DNA from: Scyliorhinus canicula | Taxonomy: Eukaryota | Assembly (NCBI RefSeq): GCF_902713615.1 | Contig: NC_052176.1 | Coordinates: 3,472,001 to 3,536,000, forward strand | Reading direction: 5' to 3' | Length of the DNA stretch: 64,000 nt | Shown: positions 38,934 through 51,430 of the stretch, piece by piece | Position numbering within the stretch: position 1 is the first letter of the stretch | How the letters are laid out: every line of letters begins with the position of its first letter | The notes under the pieces: model-generated | Databases searched by the model: none | What the model was told of the DNA's origin: nothing | Seen by the model: the letters and a program-made list of their open reading frames with translations, nothing else | Position numbers and translations under genes: made by a program

Positions 38934-38985
38934 GTATGATCAGTTTGACTATGATAATACCACCGACACCCGCTATGCCCAATGA
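38934..38985 (+). CDS. RBM14: RBM14 coding exon 3 (R|YDQFDYDNTTDTRYAQ*)
   Basis: Strong acceptor ctttttctcttag. Phase matches exon 2, giving an 879-nt CDS (292 aa). Confidence 0.7.
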
Positions 38986-39133
38986 ACCGACGATTTCCTC
39001 CTCCTCCTCTTCCTCCTCCTCCGTCGCCGTCGCCGCCGTTCTCCGACCAGAAGATCGCTCTCTCCAGACGAATACACGACCCCGCGATTGCGGCACCACA
39101 GCGCCTTGGCGTTTAAAACAAAATTTACATCTA

Positions 39134-39172
<39 letters not shown>

Positions 39173-40239
39173 ACAAATAGATACGATCACTGCAGCCCGG
39201 CCTTGTGAGGCATAGATTCAGTAAACACTTAAAACGCTTTCTTTCTCACCGGTGATTGTGATCGGAAACTGCTCGCTAGGGTCATTTTATTTTTGTTTCC
39301 AACTTCCCTTAAAAAAAACATCAACCCGCCCTTCATGCAAGTCCTGCTAAATATCCTGACCAAACTCGGGTGCTTTCCCAAGTGGTGAAGCACACCCTTC
39401 CAGATCACCTGCTTCCCCCCTGGCCCGGCGCTACCTTTTTAAAGGGGCGGGGAGCCCGTTCTGCCGTTTTGCCTTGGCGGCTGTTTCGCTCGCTCCCGCC
39501 GTCCACTGGCGTCCCTCACGGCTCGAGTGCAGACATCCCCTCTACGGGGTGGGGGAGCACGTACGTCGGGGCCCTGTTTCCAACTGGTATCACAGGTGGG
39601 ATGGCGTCCAGGCACTTGACTCTTGCCGTCCCAAGATACAAAATGGCGACAGCGATTATACAGCGAAGCTGGACTGGCTCCCCCCTTCTTTAAATTACCC
39701 CTCGCCACCGCCGTGAACCATTAAATACATAACGAAAAGCTGCCACCCTGCCTCAAGACAGGTGCTGCTTTCCCACACCTTGCCAACGCCGCTTGGATTC
39801 CAGCTGCTGAGGGACGCACAGGATGGGGTAACTTCCGCCCCCCCACCCCCCGCGTCAGTCCCTCGCCTTTCCGCAGCCTGGGGCCCACTCGCGGACAGGG
39901 TGGCTGAGTGCGTAACCCGTACATTACTGGCCAAGGTTAGCGATAATAGTCCGACTCCTCCCCCCACTCACCACGAGAAATTAGCTTGCTTTCCCTCCTC
40001 CCCCCGCTCCGCCCTTTTTAAATTTTACTGCCGAAAGCTGTTCGGCGCCATCGTGTTGGCATGTGGAGGGGGGAGCATTTCCTGGCTTCCGGGTCAAGCA
40101 TGTCGGACTTGCTGCGAGACGGCAGGGTGTACTTTTCTTCCAGATTGAGTGAGTGGGTGTGTGTGGGGTTGTGTGTGCCTTCCGTACGAACGCCATGGCG
40201 GTGCTCGATCCTTTCTCCCTGGCAGGTAGGATGCATTTG

Positions 40240-40555
40240 GGGGCAGCACGGTAGCATGGTGGTTAGCATAAATGCTTCGCAGCTCCAGGGTCCCAGGTTC
40301 GATTCCCGGCTGCGTCACTGTCTGTGCGGAGTCTGCACGTCCTCCCCGTGTGTGCGTGGGTTTCCTCCCACAGTCCAAAGATGTGCGGGTTAGGTGGATT
40401 GGCCATGCTAAATTGCCCGTAGTGTCCTAAAAAGTAAGGTTAAGGGGGGGTTGTTGGGTTACGGGTATAGGGTGGATACGTGGGTTTGAGTGGGGTGATC
40501 ATGGCTCGGCACAACATCGAGGGCCGAAGGGCCTGTTCTGTACTATTCTATTCTA
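40240..40555 (+). mobile_element. HE1/V-SINE within probable RBM14 3' UTR
   Basis: Full head and GGCACAACATCGAGGGCCGAAGGG tail. Confidence 0.85.
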
Positions 40556-41148
40556 TTTGCGTTCATGGTGGCTGCTGGTTTCATAGAGGGGGCCGTAGTC
40601 TTGCAAATGTGTGGCTCCTCCGACTTGCAAGCTTGTAAGTGTCCTACCCTCCTTTAGGGGTGGGAGGGGGGGGGGGGGGCACAATTGACTGCATCTCCTT
40701 GTGGGGACCCTCTTCCCCCTCTGGCCAGCAAGTGATTGGTGAAGTGTCCTGGGGGGATTGAGGAGACACCGCCTGTTGTCGAATATGAACCCGCGCGGTA
40801 AGAATGACCCGTCCGGGTGCAATGCTTGGGGAGCTGCCGATTGTACTAATATTACCTAGCGAGAGCTGGCACCTTCAGTGAGGGCGGGCTGTGAAAGAGT
40901 GGCAATAAAGTGGGGTTTTCTTCGTGCTGTTGGATGGGGCGGGGGGGCAGATAGAAGAGGAATGGGGGGGGGTGTAGTTTACATGTCTGCTGTCACACAA
41001 AACAAAAATGAGGCTCGTTTAATTTTCTTTTCAGTATGACAAATGATTTAGTTTGTGTAATAATTGCCGACACTAGAGAAACCGGTGTCTGAAATTGAAG
41101 GAGTTGGCGGTGAGTAGAGAGGGTTGTTTGTACCGTGTAGCAAGATTC

Positions 41149-41154
41149 AATAAA
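41149..41154 (+). terminator. Probable RBM14 polyadenylation signal
   Basis: AATAAA preceded by TGTA elements and followed by a TTTTTGTGTGTG downstream element. A second AATAAA lies near 40904. Confidence 0.45.
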
Positions 41155-41464
41155 CCTCGCCTGAAATTACCTTTTTGTGTGTGCGCCTCTTACCTTGACG
41201 TTCGCGCTCGTCCTGCGGCCTCTACCACACTCCCCTCCCCCCAGACGTTCAAGAGAACTGGCCCCTCGAAGGCCGTCCACTTCAATGCCGTTTCGTCCAT
41301 TTCTTTGTCCACTTGGTTTGCTGCGTTGGGATTGTGCCGACCTTGCTGCTGTTACGGTGTCTGACGTCGTCCTCTGATCTCTGCTCGCCTCTTGTGTCTA
41401 GAAGTACAGACGAGAAGTGCTGGAGCAGCTCAAACGACCGTCCAGCAGCGCAGAAAATAGGTGT

Positions 41465-42500
41465 GGGCCCTTCGAGCCTGCACCGCCATTCAATATAATC
41501 ACGGCTGATCATGCAAATTCAGTATCCCAATCCTCCTTTCTCTCCATAACCCTTTAGTCACAAGGGCCATAGAACAGTACAGCACAGAACAGGCCCTTCG
41601 GCCCTCGATGTTGTGCCAAGCAATGATCACCCTACTCAAACCCACGTATCCACCCTATACCCGTAACCCAACAACCCCCCCCTTAACCTTACTTTTTTTT
41701 TTAGGACACTACGGGCAATTTAGCATGTCCAATCCACCTAACCCGCACATCTTTGGACTGTGGGAGGAAACCGGAGCACCCGGAGGAAACCCACGCACAC
41801 ATGGGGAGGACGTGCAGACTCCACACAGACAGTGACCCAGCTGGGAATCGAACCTGGGACCCTGGAGCTGTGAAGCATTTATGCTAACCACCATGCTACC
41901 GTGCTGCCCCGTAATGGCCATGTCCAGCTCCCTCTTGAATATTTCCAACGACCCGGCCCCAACAGCTTTCTGCGGTAGAGAATTCCACAACCTCTCAACT
42001 CTTGAGAGAAGAAGTTCCTCCTTCTCTCTGTCCTTAATGGCTTAACCCTTAATAGGCTATGACCCCTAGTTCTGCACGTTCCCGACATCGGGTATATTCT
42101 TCCCTCATTTAGCCTGCCCAGTCCCATCAGGATTTTATATGTTTCTATGAGATCCCCACTCATCTAAACTCCAGTGAGTACCAGCCCAGTCGATCCCGTC
42201 TTTCTTCGTATGTCAGTCCTGCCATCCCGGGGTTTAGTCTGGTGAGCCTTCGCTGGACACCCTCAACAGCAAGAACGTCCTTCCTCAAACTAGGAGACCA
42301 AAACTGCGCACAATACTCGCGATGTGGCCTCACCAAGGCCCTGTATCACTGCAGCAAGACATCCCTACTCCGATACTCAAATCCTCTCGCTACGAAGGCC
42401 AACATGCCATTGGCTTTCCTCACCGCCTGCTGTACCTGCACGCCAACCTTCAGCGACTGTTCCACCGTGACACCCAGGTCTCGTCGCACTCCCCCCTTTC
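41465..42500 (-). mobile_element. CR1 3' fragment with HE1 SINE inserted (41568-41910)
   Basis: GDLIETYKIL, RRNFFSQ, WNSLPQKAV on the minus strand. Confidence 0.85.
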
Positions 42501-43002
42501 CCTAAACTGCATGTGCGTGGAGAGAATCGAGAGCGTTTCGAGGCCAATGTGACTCCTCCTCGGAGAAGACTCGAACCGTCTTCCCCCTCCACAGGTGCTG
42601 CCGGACCTGCTGAGTTTTTTCCCGGCATTTTTTGTTTTTATTTCGCATCCGCAGCCTGAGTGAAAATGAAGTGAACTCGGAACCCACTAGAGCACTTTGA
42701 AAGGCGAGGCTCAGTCAGCCCCCTTGGGTGGCTGTAAAAATGTCCCAGTGACAGACAAAGCGAAGGAGCACACCGGGGTGTGGCCTGGGAATCGCACGGA
42801 ATAAAATCACAGTTCTGGATAAAAACGCAGCAGTAGAGGAACAGCGATACGTGAGGGCAGACACTGAACGTTAAGGTGATTAAAGAAAAAACATGGATGC
42901 GCCATATCTCTGAGCAGGCCTCCGCTCTTTCTGCCATGAGGGTGGAGGTAGGAGGAATTAGAAAAGGGAGATTTTTACGGGAAAAGAAAGATGAGACGGT
43001 AT

Positions 43003-43885
43003 TTCATAGAATTATAGGATTTACAGTGCCGAAGGAAGCCATTCAGCCCATCGAGTCTGCACCGGCTCTTGGAAAGAGCACCCTACCCAAGGTCAACAAC
43101 CCCACCCTATCCCCATAACCCAGTAACCCCACCCAACACTAAGGGCAATTTTGGACACTAAGGGCAATTTATCATGTCCAATCCACCCTAACCTGCACAT
43201 CTTTGGACTGTGGGAGGAAACCCACGCAGGCACGGGGAGGATGTGCACCAGTTTATGTGGTTATGGTTATGGATTTGCACCAGTTTATGTAGAGCTGACC
43301 ATGCCTCGGGGAATAAACATGTGCTAGGGTTTATTGGGGGGGGGGGGGGGGGGGGGGGGGAGTCCTTTAATGATAAACGGGGACTCTGTTATAACAGAGT
43401 AAAGTTGTCTCCCGTCGTGATCTTTGATCCCTGTGTCCATTGCCGCACGTCACCTGATGAGGGACTGCTTGCGGTGGTGAGGAAAAGTCACAGGAAGTAC
43501 ACAGACTGAATAAATGTGGGGAGCGGGGGTGTTACAAGGGATCCTTCTGGGCATGTGGAGACAGAATGGAATGAATCATAGAATCTACAGTGCAGAAGGA
43601 GGCCATTTGGCCCCAACGAGTCCACACCGGCCCTTGGAAAGAGGATCCGACTTGAGCCCACACCTCCACCCTATCCCAGTAACCCCACCTAACCTTTTTG
43701 GACACTTAAGGACAATTTATCATGGCCAATCCACCGAACCTGCACGTCTTTGGACTTTGGGAGGAAACCCACGCACACATTGGGAGAACCTGCAGACTCC
43801 ATACATACAGACAGTGACCCAAGCTGGGAATCGAACCTGGGACTCTGGAGTGGTGAATCAACTGTGCTAACCACTATGCGGTGGT
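43003..43885 (-). mobile_element. Two HE1/V-SINE copies (43003-43245, 43572-43885)
   Basis: Tail and core motifs. Confidence 0.75.
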
Positions 43886-43934
43886 GCTTCCACCAAACTT
43901 TGTGGAATGTAAATGGGTGGTGGGAGTAAAGGAA

Positions 43935-46900
43935 GAATGGGATTAGACTGGGGATTTATGAAGTGATGAGGGGGAATGTGGAAATAGACTGGGGGGGGGG
44001 GGTACAGAAGGTTGTGGGGAGAGTGGGATTGGACTGGGTGGGATATTAAAGGGGGTGGAGAGAGGGTGGGATTAAAAGGTGCGGGGAGTGAGCAGGGAGA
44101 TTGAGATTAGGCTGGGTGGGATATGAAAGGGTGCAGGGAGCGAGGAGGAGAGTGAGGTTGGACTGGGTGGGATATTAAAGGGTGTGGGGAGTGAGGGGTT
44201 AGACTGGGTGGGATATTAAGGTGCGGAAGGGAGGGATAGAGTGGGGTTAGACTGGGTGGGATATTAAAGGGTGTGGGGAGGGAGGGGAGAGTGGGATTAG
44301 ACTGGGTGGGATATTAAAGGGTGAGGGGGAGAGTGGGATTAGACTGGGATATTAAAGGGTGTGGGGAGGGAGGGGAGAGTGGGATTAGACTGGGTGGGAT
44401 ATTAAATGGTGAGGGGAGAGTGGTTTAGACTGGGTGGGATATGAAGGAGCGCTGGCAGTGAGGGAAGATTGCTTTAGACTGCGTGGGATATTAAAAGGTG
44501 TGGGGAGAGTGGGATTAGACGGTGGGATATTAAAGGGTGAGGGGGGGAGAGTGGGATTAGACTGGGTGGGATATTAAAGGGGGTGGAGAGAGTGGGATTA
44601 AAAGGTGCGGGGAGTGAGCAGGGAGATTGAGATAAGGCTGGGTGGGATATGAAAGGGTGCAGGGAGCGAGGAGGAGAGTGAGGTTGGACTGGGTGGGATA
44701 TTAAAGGGTGTTGGGAGTGAATAGGGTTAGACTGGGTGGGATATTAAGGTGAGGGGAGTGAGGGGAAGAGTGGGATTAGACTGGGTGGGATATTAAAGGG
44801 TATGGGGAGGGAGGGGAGAGTGGGATTAGACTGCGTGGGATATTAAAGGGTGAGGGGAGAGTGGTTTAGACTGGGTGGGATATTAAATGGTGAGGGGAGA
44901 GTGGTTTAGACTGGGTGGGATATTAAAGGGTGAGGGAAGAGTGGGTTTAGACTGGGTGGGATATTAGGGAGCACTGGCAGTGAGGGAAGATTGGTTTAGA
45001 CTGGGTGGGATATTAAAGGGTGAGGGGGAGAGTGGGATTAGACTGGCTGGGATATGAAAGGGTGTGGGGAGTGAAGGGGAGAATGGGATCAGATTGGGAG
45101 AGGGATTAGACTGGGTGGGATATGAAAGGGTGCGGGGAGTGAAGGGGAGAGTGGGATTAGACTGGGTGGGATATTAAAGGGTGCGGGGATGATGGGGGAG
45201 AGTGGGATTAGACTGGGTGGGATATTAAAGGGCGAGGGGGAGAGTGGGTTTAGCCTGTCCGGGGAGGCTGGTACGGGAATCGAACCGTGCTGCTGGCCTG
45301 CTTGGTCTGCTTTAAAAGCCAGCGATTTAGCCGAGTGAGCTAAACCAGGGTGAGGGGGAGAGCGGGATTAGACTGGGTGGGATATTAAAGGGTGCGGGGG
45401 AGTGGGATTGGACTGGGTGGGATATTAATGGGTGAGGCGGAGAGTGGGGTTAAACTGGGTGGGATATTTAAGGGTGCAGGGAGTGAGGGGGAGAGTGGGA
45501 TTAGACTGGGTGGGATATTAAAGGGTGCGGGGATGAGGGGGAGAGTGGGATTAGACTGGGTGGGATATTAAAGGGTGCGGGGAGTAGGGGGAGAGTGGGT
45601 TTAGACTGGGTGGGATATTAAAGGGTGCGGAGTGAGGGGGGAGAGTGGGATTAGACTGGCTGGGATATGAAAGGGTGCGGGGAGTGAGGGGGAGAATGGG
45701 ATCAGATTGGGGGAGTGGGATTAGACTGGGTGGGCTATTAATGGTAAGGGGGAGAGCGGGATTAGACTAGGTGGGATATTAATGGATGAGGCGGAGAGTG
45801 GGGTTAAACTGGGTGGGATATTCAAGGGTGTGGGGAGTGAGGGGGAGAGTGGGATTAGACTGGGTGGGATATTAAAGAGTACGGGAAGTGAGGGGGGAGT
45901 AGGATTAGACTGGGTGGGATATTAAAGGGTGCGGGGAGTGAGGGGGAGAGGGGGATTAGACTGGGGGGGTTATTAAAGGGTGCGGGGAGTGAGGGGAGAG
46001 TGGGATTAGACAGGGTGGGATATTAAAGGGTGCGGGGAGTGAGGGGGAGAGTGGGATTAGACTGGGTGGGATATTAAAGGGTGAGGGGGGAGTGGGATTA
46101 GACTGGGTGGGATATTAAAGGGTGTGGGGAGTGAGGGGGAGAGCGGGATTAGACTGGATGGGATATTAAAGGGTGTGGGGAGTGAGGGGGAGAGTGGGAT
46201 TAGACTGGGTGGGATATTAAAGGGTGAGGGGAGAGTGGGATTAGACTGGATGGGATATTAAAGGGTGCGGGGAGTGAGGGGGAGAGGGGGATTAGACTGG
46301 GTGGGATATTAAAGGGTGTGGGGAGTGAGGGGGATTAGACTGGGTGGGATATTAAAGGGTGAGGGGAGAGTGGGATTAGACTGGATGGGATATTAAAGGG
46401 TGCGGGGAGTGAGGGGGAGAGGGGGATTAGACTGGGTGGGATATTAAAGGGTGTGGGGAGTGAGGGGGATTAGACTGGGTGGGATATTAAAGGGTGAGGG
46501 GGAGAGTGGGATTAGACTGGGTGGGATATTAAAGGGTGTGGGGAGTGAGGGGGAGAGTGGGATTAGACTGGGTGGGATATTAAAGGGTGTGGGGAGTGAG
46601 GGGGAGAGTGGGATTAGACTGGGTGAGATATTAAAGGGTGCGGGGAGTGAGGGGAGAGTTGGGATTAGACTGGGTGGGATATTAAAGGGTGTGGGGAGTA
46701 TGGGGAGAGTGGGATTAGACTGGGTGGGATATTAAAGGGTGTGGGGAGTGAGGGGGGAGAGTGGGATTAGACTGGGTGGGATATTAAGGGTGTGAGGGAG
46801 TGAGGGGGAGAGTGGGATTAGACTGGGTGGGATATTAAAGGGTGCGGGGAGTGAGGGGGAGAGTGGGATTAGACTGGGTGGGATATTAAAGGGTGTGGGG

Positions 46901-48962
46901 AGTGAGGGGGAGAGTGGGATTAGACTGGGTGGGATATTAAAGGGTGCGGGGAGTGAGGGGGAGAGTGGGATTAGACTGGGTGGGATATTAAAGGGTGTGG
47001 GGAGTGAGGGGGAGAGTGGGATTAGACTGGGTGGGATATTAAAGGGTGTGGGGAGTGAGGGGGAGAGTGGGATTAGACTGGGTGGGATATTAAAGGGGTG
47101 GGGAGGGAGGGGAGAGTGGATTAGACTGGGTGGGATATTAAAGGGTGCGGGGAGTGAGGGGGAGAGTGGGATTAGACTGGGTGGGATATTAAAGGGTGCG
47201 GGGAGTGAGGGGGGAGAGTGGGATTAGACTGGGTGGGATATTAAAGGGTGGGGGAGTGAGGGGGAGAGTGGGATTAGACTGGGTGGGATATTAAAGGGTG
47301 TGGGGAGTGAGGTGGAGAGTGGGATTAGACTGGGTGGGATATTAAAGGGTGTGGGGAGTGAGGGGGAGAGTGGGATTAGACTGGGTGGGATATTAAAGGG
47401 TGTGGGAGTGAGGGGGAGAGTGGGATTAGACTGGGTGGGATATTAAAGGGTGCGGGGAGTGAGGGGGAGAGTGGGATTAGACTGGGTGGGATATTAAAGG
47501 GTGCGGGGAGTGAGGGGGAGAGGGGGATTAGACTGGGTGGGATATTAAAGGGTGCGGGGAGTGAGGGGAGAGTGGGATTAGACTGGGTGGGATATTAAAG
47601 GGTGCGGGGAGTGAGGGGGAGAGTGGGATTAGACTGGGTGGGATATTAAAGGGTGCGGGAGTGAGGGGAGAGTGGGATTAGACTGGGTGGGATATTAAAG
47701 GGTGTGGGGAGTGAGGGGGAGAGTGGGATTAGACTGGGTGGGATATTAAAGGGTGCGGGGAGTGAGGGGGAGAGTGGGATTAGACTGGGTGGGATATTAA
47801 AGGGTGTAGGGAGTGAGGGGGGAGAGTGGGATTTGACTGGGTGGGATATTAAAGGGTGCGGGGAGTGAGGGGGAGAGTGGGATTAGACTGGGTGGGAATT
47901 TAAAGGGTGTGGGGAGTGAGGGGGGAGAGTGGGATTAGACTGGGTGGGATATTAAAGGGTGCGGGGAGTGTGGGGGGAGTGGGATTAGACTGGGTGGGAT
48001 ATTAAAGGGTGTGGGGAGTGAGGGGGAGAGTGGGATTAGACTGGGTGGGATATTAAAGGGTGCGGGGAGTGTGGGGGGAGTGGGATTAGACTGGGTGGGA
48101 ATTAAAGGGTGCGGGGAGAGTGGGATTAGACTGGGTGGGTTATTAAAGGGTGAGGGGGGAGAGTGGGATTAGACTGGGTGGGATATTAAAGGGTGTGGGG
48201 AGTGAGGGGGGAGTGGGATTAGACTGGGTGGGATATTAAAGGATGTGGGGAGTGGGGGAGAGTGGGATTAGACTGGGTGGGATATTAAAGGGTGGGGGGA
48301 GTGAGGGGGAGAATGGGGTTAGACTGGGTGGGATATTAAAGTGTGGGGAGTGAGGGGGAGAGTGGGATTAGACTGGGTGGGATATTAAAGGGTGAGGGGG
48401 AGAGGGGGGATTAGGCTGGGTGGGATATTAAAGGGTGAGGGGAGAGTGGGATTAGACTGGGTGGGATATTAAAGGGTGCGGGGAGTGAGGGGGAGTGGGA
48501 TTAGACTGGGTGGGATATTAAAGGGTGTGGGGAGTGAGGGGGAGTGGGATTAGACTGGGTGGGATATTAAAGGGGGCGGGGAGTGAGGGGGAGAGTGGGA
48601 TTAGACTGGGTGGGATATTAAAGGGTGAGGGGGGGGGAGAGAGGGATTAGACTGGGTGGGATATTAAAGGGTGCGGGGAGTGAGGGAGGAGAGTGGGGTT
48701 AGACTGGGTGGGATATTAAAGGGTGCGGGAGTGAGGGGGGGAGTGGGATTAGACTGGGTGGGATATTAAAGGGTGCGGGGAGTGAGTGGGGTTAGACTGG
48801 GTGGGATATTAAAGGGTGTGGGGAGTGAGGGGGAGAGTGGGATTAGACTGGGTGGGATATTAACGGGTGAGGGGGGAGAGGGTGGGATTAGACTGGGTGG
48901 GATTTTAACGGGTGAGGGGGGGAGAGGGTGGGATTAGACTGGGTGGGATATTAAAGGGTGCG
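43935..48962 (+). repeat. About 51-bp G-rich satellite, 5 kb, upstream of CCS
   Basis: Unit GGGATTAGACTGGGTGGGATATTAAAGGGTGCGGGGAGTGAGGGGGAGAGT; SINE fragment inserted at 45253-45348. Confidence 0.96.
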
Positions 48963-49140
48963 GGCGTTTGTTTCGAGTGAGTGCACACAGCCAGAGTCAG
49001 ATTGCTACAGGGGGCAGTGTCCCTTTAAGGATTCTGAGCACAAAATTGGGGAGGTATTTTAACTGAGTGGCAACAGCTGGGAGGGATTTGCTGCCGGGTC
49101 AGAGCTCGTGGAGGGGAAAGGTTCAAGTGGATCACTCAAT

Positions 49141-49173
49141 ATGGCAGGGGCAGACTGTGCGGCGAGCAGTAAG
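49141..49173 (+). CDS. CCS: CCS coding exon 1 (MAGADCAASSK)
   Basis: Strong Kozak context aatATGG. Donor AAG|GTAGGA is phase 0 and joins LEFAVQM of the next exon. Confidence 0.7.
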
Positions 49174-50539
49174 GTAGGAGGCGGATCCCCAGGCACAGCA
49201 GCCTCCGACCCTGGGTAGAATGCAGTTAAATCCTTTCCGGTCTGCAGCCACATTTACAGGCTGCAGCCCCTCTTGACGCTTTGCTTCTCTGTCCGACGCC
49301 CCTGTTTCGCGACAGGGTACATCGCTCCTGTGCTTCACGTCGACCTCACGCCCGCCCTGCGGGACGGGCAGGAGACGGAGGGGGCATTTAAACCCCCACC
49401 TCTTTCCCCATTTCATTCGTGCGTGTGTGTTTGGCTGGGCAATCTTTCTGGGAAATGGGTTGAAACAAACACAGAAGTGTTTCAAGCAATCGTGCAGAGT
49501 CATGGTTTGCGCAGGGCGGAGGGGCGAGGTGGGGGTCGTCGATTCAGGAAGCCCGGGTCATGGTGACAGAGAGAAGAAGAAGAAGAAATGGCTTATTGTC
49601 ACGAGTAGGCTTCAAATGAAGTTACTGTGAAAAGCCCCTAGTCGCCACGTTCCGGCGCCTGTTCGGGGAGGCTGGTACGGGAATTGAACCCGCGGCTGCC
49701 TGGGTCTGCTTTCAAAGCCGGCGATTTAGCCCTGTGCAGAGAGAGAGAGGGAGGGAGGGAAGGAGAGTGAGAGAGAGAGAGAGAGACTCTGGCACGCAAT
49801 GCATCCAGGTCACCACGGCGGTTGTTCGACCAAGGTGGACATCACACATCTGTAGCGCTCAGTGGCACGCCGACTCGGGCAAGCACTCAACGCGGCAGGT
49901 CGGCGGCGGCGGCGGGGTCGGCGCTCAGACTCGTAGATTCACAGAATGCCGACCGTGCCGAAAGGGAGGCCATTCGGCCCATCGGGTCTGCGCCGGCCCT
50001 CTGAAAGAGCACCCCACCTCGCTCCCGCTCCCGATCAGAAGGCGCCGGCTCCTCTAGGAGGGTGAGCCTGCGCCCGGACGTGCGCGCGGTTGGGCCTGAC
50101 GGCCGAGGTGGGTGACGCCCCACGCAGTCGAATAGCCCTCCAATTTGCACATTGGGATTGGCTGTCCTGCGGTCGCCCCTGGGAGTGGGACCACGGTGAG
50201 AGACACCTCGAGAGGGGAGGGAAACTGTTTTTTTTTTAAAGCGTTTTTTTCTTCCCCGTTGACTTGCTAGTTTGAGACAGGCTACAGCAGTCTGGCAGAC
50301 TTCGGCTGTGCCTGAAGGGTGTGTGTCTTCGATCGTAAACAAAACCATGCGTCACCTCCCTGGCCATTCCCTCAGAGTGGACCAGACTCAATCAACATGG
50401 CTGCCCTATTTGACCCCATCCAAAGGTTCCACCATAACACGGCCCTCAACCTCGGCCCCGCCTCGCATCATCGGCTAATGAAACCCTCATTCAAGCCTTC
50501 AACAGATCTGACCATCCACCTGTTTAATTAAAAACGTCT

Positions 50540-51430
50540 GTCTCTGTAACCTCCTCCAGCCCCTACAACCCTCCCTATCTCTGTAACCTCCTCCAGCCCC
50601 TACAACCCTCCCTATCTCTGTAACCTCCTCCAGCCCCTACACCCCTCCCTATCTCTGTAACCTCCTCCAGCCCCAACAACCCTCCCTATCTCTGTAACCT
50701 CCTCCAGTCCCCTACAACCCTCCCTATCTCTGTAACCTCCTCCAGCCCCTACACCCCTCCCTATCTCTGTAACCTCCTCCAACCCTCACAACCCTCCCTA
50801 TCTCTGTAATCTCCTCCAGCCCCTACAACCGTCCCAATCTCTGTAACCTCCTCCAGAGCCCCTACAACTCTCCCTATCTCTGTAACCTCCTCCAACCCCT
50901 GCAACCCTCCCTATCTCTGTAACCTCCTCCAGCCCCTACACCTCTCCCTATCTCTGTAACCTCCTCCAGAGCCCCTACAACTCTCCCTATCTCTGTAACC
51001 TCCTCCAACCCCTGCAACCCTCCCTATCTCTGTAACCTCCTCCAGCCCCTACACCTCTCCCTATCTCTGTAACCTCCTCCAGCCCCTACACCCCTCCCTA
51101 TCTCTGTAACCTCCTCCAGCCCCTACAACCTTCCCTATCTCTGTAACCTCCTCCAGCCACTACAGCCCTCCCTATCTCTGTAACCTCCTCCAGCCCCTAC
51201 AACCCTCCCTATCTCTGTAACCTCCTCCAGCCCCAACCCTCCCTATCTCAGTAACTCCTCCAGCCCCTACAACCCTCCCTATCTCTGTAACCTCCTCCAG
51301 CCACTACACCCCTCCCTTATCTCTGTAACCTCCTCCAGCCCCTACAACCCTCCCTTATCTCTGTAACCTCCTCCAGCCCCTACAACCCTCCCTTATCTCT
51401 GTAACCTCCTTCAGCCTCTACAACCCTCCC
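50540..51430 (+). repeat. 37-bp minisatellite, same family as 13940-14860
   Basis: Same unit. Confidence 0.95.

Noticed and set aside
43448-43490. CTGATGA as a hammerhead core
   Set aside because: No stem II closing onto GAAA.
46451-47227. GIRLGGILKG repeat ORFs
   Set aside because: Translation of the 51-bp satellite, frequently frameshifted.
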